From: an uncultured Candidatus Binatia bacterium
GTDB lineage: Bacteria > Desulfobacterota > Binatia > UBA1149
Reading direction: 5' to 3'
Length of the DNA: 51,439 nucleotides
Assembly (NCBI GenBank): GCA_963579235.1
Contig: CAUZFM010000003.1
Span: forward strand, 1-51,439
This document shows positions 28,866 to 37,720 of the stretch, piece by piece. The first letter of the stretch is position 1, and every line of letters starts with the position of its first letter. The translations under genes were made by a program, and so were the position numbers. A model generated the notes under the pieces. It did no database searches. It was not told the DNA's origin and saw only the letters and a program-made list of their open reading frames with translations.

Positions 28866-30142
28866 GCATGGCAGGACAGAAGACGGAGGAAGCCGAAGTG
28901 GCGGTGTCGCGCCTGGACAGCCAGTCGCTGGCAGATCTGCGCGCTGACTTTCCCGTGCTTGACCAGCAGGTCAACGGCCACCCGCTGGCCTACCTGGACA
29001 ACGCCGCCACCACCCACAAACCCCGCCAGGTCATCGAGGCTGTTGCCAACTACTACGAGCGCGACAACTCCAACGTACACCGTGGCGTACACGAGCTCAG
29101 CCAGCGGGCAACCGTGGCGTTCGAGGCCGCGCGCGAAAAGGTCCGTGCTTTTATAAACGCGGCCAACAAGAACGAGATAGTTTTTACCCGTGGCACCACC
29201 GAGGCCATAAACCTGGTGGCCAACGCCTGGGGCGGAGCCAACCTGGGCGAGGGTGACGAGATACTGATCACCGAGCTTGAGCATCACAGCAACATCGTGC
29301 CCTGGCAGATGCTGGCGCAGCGCAGTGGCGCGGTCGTAAAAGTGGCGCCCATCAACGACGCCGGCGAACTTGAGCTGGAGGCCTTGGCCGACTTGCTGTC
29401 GCCGCGCACGCGCATGGTGGCTCTCAACTACGTTTCAAACACCCTGGGTAGCATAAACCCGGTGGCCGAAGTCGTGCGCCTGGCCCACGACGCGGGCGCT
29501 CTGGTACTGGTGGATGCCGCCCAGGCCACGCCGCACCTGGCGGTGGACGTGCAGGAACTCGACTGCGACTTTCTCGCCTTCTCGGGGCACAAGGTTTACG
29601 GCCCCACTGGTATCGGTGCCCTGTTCGGGCGCGCCGAGTTACTCGAAGCCATGCCGCCGTGGCAGGGCGGCGGCGACATGATCGAACAGGTGAGTTTTTC
29701 GGGCAGCACCTACGCCCATCCGCCGGCACGATTCGAAGCCGGCACGCCCAACGTGGCAGGAGTGGTCGGCCTGGGTGCGGCCATCGACTACCTCGAGTCC
29801 GCGGGTATCGAGAGGGTGGCCACGCACGAACACGAGCTGCTCGACTACGCCGAAGGCCGGCTGCGCGAAATACCAGGGTTGAGTATCGTTGGCACGGCGG
29901 CCGAGAAAACCGGCGCCCACAGCTTCGTGGTCGAAGGAGTGCACCCGCACGACATAGGTACGGTGCTCGACAGTTACGGCGTAGCAATACGCGCCGGCCA
30001 TCACTGCACCCAGCCCCTGATGGAACGCCTGGGCCTGGTCGCGACCGCGCGTGCCTCGTTTGCGCTGTACAGCAATCGCGACGACGTGGACCGGCTCATC
30101 GACGCACTGTTGAAGCTGACGGAGTTGTTCGGCGATGGATGA
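28862..30142 (+). CDS. sufS: Cysteine desulfurase SufS
   Basis: YLDNAATTHKP, NVHRG, EHHSNIVPWQ, FSGHKVYGPTGIG and RAGHHCTQP motifs. Confidence 0.97.
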   Translation: MSMAGQKTEEAEVAVSRLDSQSLADLRADFPVLDQQVNGHPLAYLDNAATTHKPRQVIEAVANYYERDNSNVHRGVHELSQRATVAFEAAREKVRAFINAANKNEIVFTRGTTEAINLVANAWGGANLGEGDEILITELEHHSNIVPWQMLAQRSGAVVKVAPINDAGELELEALADLLSPRTRMVALNYVSNTLGSINPVAEVVRLAHDAGALVLVDAAQATPHLAVDVQELDCDFLAFSGHKVYGPTGIGALFGRAELLEAMPPWQGGGDMIEQVSFSGSTYAHPPARFEAGTPNVAGVVGLGAAIDYLESAGIERVATHEHELLDYAEGRLREIPGLSIVGTAAEKTGAHSFVVEGVHPHDIGTVLDSYGVAIRAGHHCTQPLMERLGLVATARASFALYSNRDDVDRLIDALLKLTELFGDG

Positions 30143-30584
30143 CCTGAGGCAACTCTACCAGGAAACGATACTCGACCACGGTCGCCGTCCGCGTAACTTT
30201 GGCGCCATGGACGATGCCACGCACCAGGCCGACGGCTACAACCCGCTGTGCGGCGACAAGGTGCACTTGTATCTCAAGGTAAACGACGGTGTTGTTGAAG
30301 AGTTGAAGTTCGAAGGCCAGGGCTGCGCCATATCTACCTCGTCGGCTTCGCTGATGACCGAGGCGCTGAAGGGTCGCAGCGTGCAGGAAGCGCGGGACTT
30401 GTTTGCGCGGGTGCACGCGATGCTCACGGGCAAGCAACTTGATGATATGGCCGGTAAGCTGGGTAAGCTGGCCGTCTTCGAAGGGGTGAAGCAGTACCCG
30501 CTGAGAGTAAAGTGTGCCACGCTGGCCTGGCACACGCTTGAGAACGCGCTGGCCGGCGGCTGCGGTGTGGCCAAGACAGAGTAG
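30135..30584 (+). CDS. sufU: SufU (NifU-like) sulfur-transfer protein
   Basis: LYQETILDH, NPLCGD, GCAIS and RVKCATL motifs; no LPPVK motif. Confidence 0.92.
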   Translation: MDDLRQLYQETILDHGRRPRNFGAMDDATHQADGYNPLCGDKVHLYLKVNDGVVEELKFEGQGCAISTSSASLMTEALKGRSVQEARDLFARVHAMLTGKQLDDMAGKLGKLAVFEGVKQYPLRVKCATLAWHTLENALAGGCGVAKTE

Positions 30585-30607
30585 TAATTGCCGGGAGCCC
30601 TGTTCGG

Positions 30608-31243
30608 GTGCCGGCACGGGATAAAAAAATGGCAGAACGATTGAAAGACGAAGAACTGGCTAAGGCTGTAGTGTCGGTCGACGACGCGGCAGTGGATGGC
30701 GGCGCTGATAAGGGCGCTGCCGATACGCGCCTGGCCGATAGCAGCGGTTATCCCGGCAAGCCTCCGGTAACGCCCGAAGAGACGGCCGGTGGTGGCTACT
30801 CAGGCCGCGGGGGATTCGAATCTCCCTTTGACCGCGAACCCGACGTGGGCGATCTCCACGGTGGCGGCGACCCCTACAATGGTGTTGACCCCGAGTCGCT
30901 CGCGCCTCAGCCAGGCGAGCTGGCAGGCCCCGAGCTCACCGGCCCGGCGGTCGAGGAGGTCATAACGGCGCTGCGCACGGTCTACGATCCCGAGATCCCG
31001 GTAAACCTCTACGACCTCGGACTGATATACGACATACGCGAAGGGCCCGAGGGTGAGGGCGTGCGCATCTGCATGACACTCACGACTCCCGGCTGCCCGG
31101 TTGCCGGCAGCATGCCCGGCATGGTTGAGACCGCCGTCTCTGCCGTTGACGGCCTCGACGACGTGCGCGTCTTCCTGGTCTGGGATCCACCGTGGTCGAT
31201 GGATATGATGTCGGCTGCCGCGCGAATACAGCTCGGCATGTAA
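30608..31243 (+). CDS. sufT: SufT/DUF59 Fe-S assembly protein with long N-terminal extension
   Basis: LRTVYDPEIPVNLYDLGLIY, MTLTTPGCPVA and VWDPPWS motifs. Start 30608 or ATG 30629. Confidence 0.85.
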   Translation: MPARDKKMAERLKDEELAKAVVSVDDAAVDGGADKGAADTRLADSSGYPGKPPVTPEETAGGGYSGRGGFESPFDREPDVGDLHGGGDPYNGVDPESLAPQPGELAGPELTGPAVEEVITALRTVYDPEIPVNLYDLGLIYDIREGPEGEGVRICMTLTTPGCPVAGSMPGMVETAVSAVDGLDDVRVFLVWDPPWSMDMMSAAARIQLGM

Positions 31244-31302
31244 TTCTGAGGCTTCTTGCCTCTTCTGCCGGTTCCCATTAGACAGCAAAGTTCATCGAGT
31301 AC

Positions 31303-31378
<76 letters not shown>

Positions 31379-31391
31379 CTAAACCGCCCGA

Positions 31392-31468
31392 AATCAACCA
31401 GTTAGATCAGCGACCATCAAGTGCTCAGCGATCGCGCTGTGCCGTTGGTACCAATTTGGTACCAACGG
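31392..31468. mobile_element. att-site-like remnant downstream of tRNA-Lys (IHF consensus plus arm-type repeats)
   Basis: AATCAACCAGTTA (31392-31404) matches WATCAANNNNTTR. CCGTTGGTACCAA-T-TTGGTACCAACGG (31442-31468) is a perfect palindrome built from two tandem TTGGTACCAA units. Confidence 0.55.
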
Positions 31469-31611
31469 GCCGTCGGGCGCACGCCGCCCAAAATTCTGAA
31501 ACACCTTTTGTAGTCCTATAAGCAAATCACCGTTACCTCGCTGAAAGGGTTCCCGTTACGGCAAAGAGCGCTGGCCTAAGGCAAGGCAGTACCTGCGCAT
31601 TGGTCGTGCTA

Positions 31612-31630
31612 CCGGACTGGCTCGGTCCGG
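31612..31630 (-). terminator. Hairpin directly after the stop codon of the relic SDR 3' copy
   Basis: CCGGAC-N7-GTCCGG abutting the TAG at 31631-31633; no clear U-tract. Confidence 0.3.
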
Positions 31631-31721
31631 CTAGAATTCGTCGGGGCGCAGGATGGCGTCGTGGCCACTGTCAACGAACAGCACCGAGCCGCAGACGAAC
31701 TGCACCTGCTCGCTAGGCAGG
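31631..31721 (-). pseudogene. Orphan duplicate of the last 29 codons plus stop of the SDR gene (direct repeat copy A)
   Basis: 91 bp with 8 mismatches to 36050-36140. Encodes LPSEQVQFVCGSVLFVDSGHDAILRPDEF* versus LLSEQAQFVCGSVLFVDGGHDAMLRPDEF*. Confidence 0.9.
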
Positions 31722-31901
31722 CGGAGGAAGGGCGTTTGTGTTTGTACACCCCCGGGTGGGTGGGAGCCGTTTTCCCACACTGCGGCCGGTGATTGCAGCT
31801 CCTCTTCCGATCGGCCAAGCGGGTCGGGCCGGCGCGACGATGCAGGCGATGGAAGAAAAAACGCGCTTCCAGTAGCCCACGGGGCGTGACACCGTGGGCG
31901 G

Positions 31902-34900
31902 GTGAACAGGCCCTGTACTCTCTGCGTGGGACTACTGCTGGTCGCGGGCGTTGCCGGCGCGCAACCCCTGGACAAATCTTCGCAGGCCTGCGTCAACGCT
32001 ATGAACAAGGGCGCGGCCAAGGTTTCGGCGGTCCAGGCAAAAGAGAACTCCGGTTGTATTAAGCAGGCCGCGCGCCAGGAACCTGCCGGGACAGGCGCCG
32101 AGGCCTGTCTGGTGGCCGACCAGCGGGGCAAGATCGCGCGTGCACAGGCCAAGAACCTAGCGGGCGAGACCCGCAGCTGCGACGTCACACCCAGCTTTGC
32201 CTACAGTTCTGCGGAGGGAGTCAACGAGGCCGCCGCGCGTGAAACGATCGCGCTGATGCACGACGTGTACGGCCAGGACCTGGACGCGGCCGTGGTCGGC
32301 AAAGACGCGGACCGCAACGGGGCCACCTGCCAGTTGAGCGCCGCCAAGGGATCGGCCAAATTGCTGGCGGCTGTTTCTCGCGAGTTCGTTGATAACAAGA
32401 AGAACGGTCTGCGCGATGAGAGTTTTGCCGACGCGGCCTCGCTGCAGCAGGTCTGCTTCGACGCGATCAACAATGACCAACGCGGCAAGATCGCCCGCGC
32501 CGAGCAGAAGCTTGCCTCGCTGCTTGAAAAAAAATGCGTCGCCCGTGGGGTCGACCTGGCGGCGGTCCTGGCTGGACAGTGCGCCGGCGAAGCATCCAGC
32601 GGCTCTTCGGCGGCGGCTGACTGCGTCGAGGCGAGGGTACGCTGTCGAGCTTGCCGCCTGTTCAACGACGCCGATACTCTTGAGCAGGACTGCGACCTGT
32701 TCGACAACGGCGCGGCTGACAACAGCTGTCCCGTCTGTGGCAACGGCGTGGTGGAGGCCGGCGAAGAATGCGACGACGGTGTCGAGACTGCCACCTGCTA
32801 CGCTGACTGTACGGCGACCGCCTGTGCCGACGGCACTTGCGGCCTTGGCGAGGATTGCGGCAACTGCGCGGCCGACTGTGGTTCGTGTTGCGGTAACGGC
32901 AGCTGCGACAGCGGCCTGGGCGAAGACTACGTCAGTTGCCCGTCCGAGTGCGAGGCCCCGGGCAACTGCGACGTTGCTACCCCCTGGCAGGACATAGCAC
33001 CCAGCCTGCTGGGCATAACCGACCTGTTGCCGTCGCTGCCCGACACGCCGCTGTCTGTTGCCTGGCCCGACCCGCTTCCGACTTTTCTCTCCGACACGCT
33101 GGCGCCCACCGATCCTCCCCTGGGTTGGGTACCCGATGATTCCACCTGCGACGTGTCGGTGAGCTGGGACGCCGATCGCGTCGAGGCAGGACCCATCAAG
33201 GACTACGCCGGCGATCCCCACTGCCGTGTCACTCTCACCGACCACCCCACCAACGGCAACGCTCTTTTCTTCGCTAATCGCTGGCCCGGTGGCAGTATAC
33301 ACATACCAATTTCGGGCGATCCGACCTGGGCACAGTTTCGCTTTCCGCTACCGCCCGCGCACCGGGCGGTGCGTCTCAACTACAGGATCGCCTGGGCGCG
33401 CCTGTTCGGCAGCCAGCCCGACCCCTGCCACGCCGACGATACCGACGAGCTGGGCAACTGCATTCCCAAGTACAAGGAGGCCGCCGAGGACTGGAGCGAA
33501 AATGTTCCACCCGGGCTGTTCCTGTTGTGGGGCAAGGCGGGCAACTGCCAGGGCTACCTGGTTACCGGTCCGCACGACCCGGCGGCCGACATTTCTTACT
33601 CGGGAGCAGAAACCTACAGCGTGGAAGTACCAGAGTCCCTGCAGACGGTAGACGAACTGGTGGTGGCGGCGTTCATATACCGCCAGTACCCCGGCGGGTG
33701 TGACGGGGCCAACTGCCTGTCGGGACGCTTCGTGTACAACAGCATGGCAATACAGGACCTAACGCTGGACACCGAGGAAATCTTTAATCCTCCCTCGCTA
33801 CCGGCCCTCGACCACCCGAGGTTGTTCGGGGCGAACGAGCAGTGGCTGGCCGGCCAGGAAGTCTTCAACAACCTGCCCTGTTACTACGCGCCCAATTACG
33901 AGGAAGGCGCGGGCTGGGGCTCGGTAACAAACATCCGTAACATGTGGGACGTCTATACCTGGGGCGGCAAGGTCTGCAACGGCGAGGACCCCGTGCTCAT
34001 CGAAGACCATCCCGACGCGGCTCCTTACCTGGACGGTACGGCTGCGGGCAACTGGAACGAGGACCGAGCTATCCGAGTGCTGCATCTGCTGCGCCGCGTG
34101 CGCGCCTGCCACGAGCAGGGTGGCGGTGGCTGCCAGTTTTCGCTGGCCGATATCGACGCGCTGGTGGCACAGTTCATAGCCGTGGAGATCGCCCGTTTCG
34201 GTGACTGGACCTGGGAGAACCAGAGCCTGGTGTTCGACCTGGGGACGCTCCCGCCCATGCGCTACTGGTCGATGTTTGCCGATACCCTCTGGGATGACCT
34301 GTCGCAGGCCGACCACGACACCATAGCCATCGAGATGGGCAGCCGCATAGATGTCTTCCTCCAGCACGCCGAAAACCACCACTGGGCGCTGTACAACGGC
34401 AACAACTGGACGCCGGTGTTGTCGCTGGCCGCCATGTACTGGGCGATTACCTACTACCACGAGGACCCCCGTGCGCCGCAGGTGGCGCTGACCGCGCTCG
34501 GGGTGTTGTGGCTGCACCGCGATTTCTACCTGGCCGACGGCGCTTACAAAGAAGGGCTGATGATGTACACGCACGTGTCCTTCGACAACCTGCGGCAGAT
34601 CAATATGCTGTCGCGCGCGACCTTCGGCGAGCCCATCGACAGCGTACGCTGGGACCGCATGCCCGCAGTGAGTCAGTGGGCGCTGGAGTTCCTGGCACCC
34701 GACGGGCTGACGGTGGACTACGGCGACTCCTGGGCCAAGCGCGGTTGGTCGACCTTCATGCCCCTGTACATGGCCATGGCATCGGAGCTGATCGGGCAGG
34801 GGCCGGCGACCGTCGATCCCTGTACGGCGCGGGCTTACTTCAACAATCGCTGGTTCGACTGGGGCCTGCGCAATCCCTTTACTATTGATGCTTCGCTTGC

Positions 34901-35987
34901 GCGTGACTGGGTGGCGCTGGTCGAACAGTGCTCCGCGGCTGCGCTGGCCGGTACCCACGTGACCGTGCTGGAGGAAGGCGGCTGGGGCAACATCCGCGTG
35001 GGCCTGCCCGGCTCTACGGTCACGGCCACGCTGGGCGATGTTGAACAACGCTACGAGCAGGCCGACCAGACCTTCCTGTCCGTGAGCGCTATCCCCAACA
35101 CCTTCCCTCACACCGAGCTCGACTTCGGCAGCCTGGTATGGGTGGCTTACGGCACGCGACTTCTGGCCGACCTCGGTTACGGCTCGATTGATATCGGCTA
35201 CGGCATTCCACCCGACTATGCTCCTGACAACAACCCCACCGGGCACAATACACTGGTGGTACCCGAGGCCCTGTGGGACGGCGACCCGTCGACCAACACC
35301 AGCCAGGTGGAAGACACGCCGGGCAGCATAGAGAGCCTCAACGTTTCGGGCGTCGAGCTACTGCACCTCGACGGTGACGCGGTTTATGGGCGTGACGATC
35401 TGGACGATGGATGGCTCGATACCTTTGACCGCTGGCTGCTGCCGCTCGATGGTGGGCACTTCGTAGTCATCGATGGTTTCCGGGTTAGAGCCGACCGGCC
35501 TGACAGCAGCGTGCAGGAGTACTGGCACACCTACGACATACTCACGCCGCCGGCCGCGGCAGACTGCCACTACACCAGCCAGCACGTCGAGATTACCTTA
35601 CCCGACCCTGGCCGCCTGCATCTGCTGCCGGTCTGCAGTTCGCTCGACCGCTATGGCGCGGCCGAGAGCGCCGGCGAAATTGTCGGGGCCGCGCTCGCCG
35701 CCGGCGGTTTCGTCGTGGACGCCCCCTTCGAGTTTCTCAACCGCCTGGGCGTTACCGAGCGCAGGGGCCGCGCGCGCTGGGTTCCCGACCAGGCGCTACG
35801 CTCCGACCTGCGGGTATTTCTGCTGCTGGCTGCGCCGTCCGAAGTCGCGCTGCCGTCCGCCACGATCACCCAGGATCCCTGCGCGGCTGACAGTTGCTTC
35901 CAGGTCAGTATCGGGGCCGACACCTGGGAGCTGTCCTTCTCGGGGCAGGACGGGGTCTACGACCTGCTCAGTGTCGTCCAGCAGTGA
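31902..35987 (+). CDS. Large secreted protein: Cys-containing helical N-domain, Cys-rich repeats and heparinase II/III-like polysaccharide lyase domain
   Basis: Signal peptide; CGNGVVEAGEECDDG (myxobacterial-type Cys-rich repeat); C-terminal NNWTPV, DGAYKEG..Y, DYGDS, HTELDFGS..W...RLLADLGY and GHNTLVV motifs as in heparinase II/III-family lyases. Confidence 0.75.
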   Translation: MNRPCTLCVGLLLVAGVAGAQPLDKSSQACVNAMNKGAAKVSAVQAKENSGCIKQAARQEPAGTGAEACLVADQRGKIARAQAKNLAGETRSCDVTPSFAYSSAEGVNEAAARETIALMHDVYGQDLDAAVVGKDADRNGATCQLSAAKGSAKLLAAVSREFVDNKKNGLRDESFADAASLQQVCFDAINNDQRGKIARAEQKLASLLEKKCVARGVDLAAVLAGQCAGEASSGSSAAADCVEARVRCRACRLFNDADTLEQDCDLFDNGAADNSCPVCGNGVVEAGEECDDGVETATCYADCTATACADGTCGLGEDCGNCAADCGSCCGNGSCDSGLGEDYVSCPSECEAPGNCDVATPWQDIAPSLLGITDLLPSLPDTPLSVAWPDPLPTFLSDTLAPTDPPLGWVPDDSTCDVSVSWDADRVEAGPIKDYAGDPHCRVTLTDHPTNGNALFFANRWPGGSIHIPISGDPTWAQFRFPLPPAHRAVRLNYRIAWARLFGSQPDPCHADDTDELGNCIPKYKEAAEDWSENVPPGLFLLWGKAGNCQGYLVTGPHDPAADISYSGAETYSVEVPESLQTVDELVVAAFIYRQYPGGCDGANCLSGRFVYNSMAIQDLTLDTEEIFNPPSLPALDHPRLFGANEQWLAGQEVFNNLPCYYAPNYEEGAGWGSVTNIRNMWDVYTWGGKVCNGEDPVLIEDHPDAAPYLDGTAAGNWNEDRAIRVLHLLRRVRACHEQGGGGCQFSLADIDALVAQFIAVEIARFGDWTWENQSLVFDLGTLPPMRYWSMFADTLWDDLSQADHDTIAIEMGSRIDVFLQHAENHHWALYNGNNWTPVLSLAAMYWAITYYHEDPRAPQVALTALGVLWLHRDFYLADGAYKEGLMMYTHVSFDNLRQINMLSRATFGEPIDSVRWDRMPAVSQWALEFLAPDGLTVDYGDSWAKRGWSTFMPLYMAMASELIGQGPATVDPCTARAYFNNRWFDWGLRNPFTIDASLARDWVALVEQCSAAALAGTHVTVLEEGGWGNIRVGLPGSTVTATLGDVEQRYEQADQTFLSVSAIPNTFPHTELDFGSLVWVAYGTRLLADLGYGSIDIGYGIPPDYAPDNNPTGHNTLVVPEALWDGDPSTNTSQVEDTPGSIESLNVSGVELLHLDGDAVYGRDDLDDGWLDTFDRWLLPLDGGHFVVIDGFRVRADRPDSSVQEYWHTYDILTPPAAADCHYTSQHVEITLPDPGRLHLLPVCSSLDRYGAAESAGEIVGAALAAGGFVVDAPFEFLNRLGVTERRGRARWVPDQALRSDLRVFLLLAAPSEVALPSATITQDPCAADSCFQVSIGADTWELSFSGQDGVYDLLSVVQQ

Positions 35988-36049
35988 CCACCCGCTAACT
36001 TCAGTCTGCCTGCCCTGAAGTTTGTCTATCCTGAAGACGCAGCCGCGCC

Positions 36050-36140
36050 CTAGAATTCGTCGGGACGCAGCATGGCGTCGTGACCGCCGTCAACGAACAG
36101 CACCGAGCCGCAGACGAACTGCGCCTGCTCGCTCAGCAGG
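36050..36140 (-). repeat. Direct repeat copy B (3' end of the intact SDR gene)
   Basis: Matches 31631-31721 at 83 of 91 nt by manual alignment. Confidence 0.9.
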
Positions 36141-36814
36141 AAGGCCACCGCGCCGGCAATGTCAGCGGGCAGGCCCAGGCGGCCCACGGGCACCGACTCA
36201 CCAAAATCCTTCATGATCGGACCCAGGGTTTCGTCGGCGTACGCGCTGTCGGTAAGCGGCGTGCTGGTGATACCCGGTGCCACGGCATTGATCCGCATAC
36301 CGTCGGCCGCCCAGGCCGCGGCCCCGCGACGCATCCAGCGCGTTACCGCCTTCTTTGAGCCGGCGTAAGCGGTGTGACCGTCGCCGATGCGGTCAGCGAT
36401 GGCGCAGGCCCGTTCTTCGTCGAGTTCGAGCAGGGCGGCCACGTATTCGTCGTCGCTGTCCATGGGTGCCGAGTTCGATGAGATCATGACAACCGATCCG
36501 CGCTTCCTGGCAACGAGGTCCCGCGCGCCGTCTACAAGCCTCTGGCTACCGAAAAAATTGACCCGCGTTATGAGCGACGCGGGGCGCACCACGGGGCCCA
36601 GCCCGGCACAGGCCACCAGGCCGTCAAGCCCGTCGAGGGCACGGCCCTCCAGTTCGACAACGGCCTGTGTGCATCCGTCGGCCGTGGAAAGGTCGGCCTC
36701 GATGTCGGCGTCGCGTATGTCGATGACGATGACTTCGTCACCGCGTTCTCTAAGCGTCGCCACGATGGCGGCACCTATGCCCGAAGCGCCGCCGCTTACC
36801 GCGTACACGCCCAC
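36050..36814 (-). CDS. SDR oxidoreductase (3-alpha-hydroxysteroid dehydrogenase-like)
   Basis: SGGASGIG, ADLST, LVACAGLGP, VNFFG, YAGSK and GSVLFVDGG motifs. Confidence 0.88.
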   Translation of the reverse strand: MGVYAVSGGASGIGAAIVATLRERGDEVIVIDIRDADIEADLSTADGCTQAVVELEGRALDGLDGLVACAGLGPVVRPASLITRVNFFGSQRLVDGARDLVARKRGSVVMISSNSAPMDSDDEYVAALLELDEERACAIADRIGDGHTAYAGSKKAVTRWMRRGAAAWAADGMRINAVAPGITSTPLTDSAYADETLGPIMKDFGESVPVGRLGLPADIAGAVAFLLSEQAQFVCGSVLFVDGGHDAMLRPDEF

Positions 36815-36819
36815 GCTGT

Positions 36820-37671
36820 TCAGCCGACCTCTTTTGCCAGCGAAGCGTAGTGGTCGAGCAAGGGCAGCACCTGCTCGGCGGTGGCCGAAGGGGCGATGAA
36901 CACCGCGCGTGCGAATCCTGCGTCGCGCAGGCGGGCGAGTTGGTCGGCGTCATCGGGCGCGGCGTATACCGATACCTCCATCGAGTCGGGGTCGCGGCCC
37001 GCTTCCCCTGCCATGCTGCGGAAGGTGGCCATGTCGCCCACGAGATCGGTGTCGGCGCGCCCGGCAATGGGTATCCAGCCGTCACCGTAGCGCAGGGCCC
37101 GCCTTATGCCGTAAGGCGCTTCTCCGCCCACGTGTATCGGCGGGTGGGGCGATTGCACTGGCTTGGGCGAGGAGAACACCTCGTCAAAGTCGACGAACTC
37201 GCCGTGGTAGGCTGCTTTTTCTTCGGCCCACATGGTTTTCATGGCTTCAATGCGCTCGCGCATTACCTTCCACCTGCGCTCGAAAGGAAAATCGTAGTGG
37301 TTGGCGAGTTCCTCACGGTTCCAGCCACCGCCCACGCCCAGCATGAAACGGCCGTTGCTCACGCGGTCGAGCGTGGCCACCTCCTTGGCCAGTATCAAGG
37401 GGTCGTGCTGGGCCACAAGCGTTACGCCGGTTCCGACCTTGAGGGTTGTTGTCGCCGCCGCGGCCGCGGCCAACGCCACCAGTGGCGCGTACACGTCGTA
37501 GTACATCTGCGGTAGGTCGCCACCGCCGAACCACGGCGTTTCTCTCGAGCAGGGAATGTGCGTGTGCTCGGCGACCCACAGCGATTCGAAACCGCGCTCC
37601 TCGAGCGCCACGGCAAGCTCGGCCGGTTGAATGGAGTAGGCGGTGGGGAATATGCAGAGTCCGTATTTCAT
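36820..37671 (-). CDS. LLM-class F420-dependent oxidoreductase
   Basis: GFESLWVAEH, LAKEVATLDRVSNGRFMLGVGGGWN, PKPVQSPHPPIHVGG and YGDGWIP motifs. Confidence 0.88.
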   Translation of the reverse strand: MKYGLCIFPTAYSIQPAELAVALEERGFESLWVAEHTHIPCSRETPWFGGGDLPQMYYDVYAPLVALAAAAAATTTLKVGTGVTLVAQHDPLILAKEVATLDRVSNGRFMLGVGGGWNREELANHYDFPFERRWKVMRERIEAMKTMWAEEKAAYHGEFVDFDEVFSSPKPVQSPHPPIHVGGEAPYGIRRALRYGDGWIPIAGRADTDLVGDMATFRSMAGEAGRDPDSMEVSVYAAPDDADQLARLRDAGFARAVFIAPSATAEQVLPLLDHYASLAKEVG

Positions 37672-37720
37672 GGAGTGTTCTCCGGGTTCAAGTTTCGTGG
37701 GCAGGTTTCGTTAGTGTGGA

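Noticed and set aside
31631-32188. 185-aa minus-strand ORF ending in the SDR-like C-terminus
   Set aside because: Only the last 29 codons are SDR-derived; the rest is antisense to the 1,361-aa gene and its leader.
31631-36140. 91-bp repeat pair as a diversity-generating retroelement TR/VR
   Set aside because: The mismatches are not adenine-specific on either strand, and there is no reverse transcriptase in the window.
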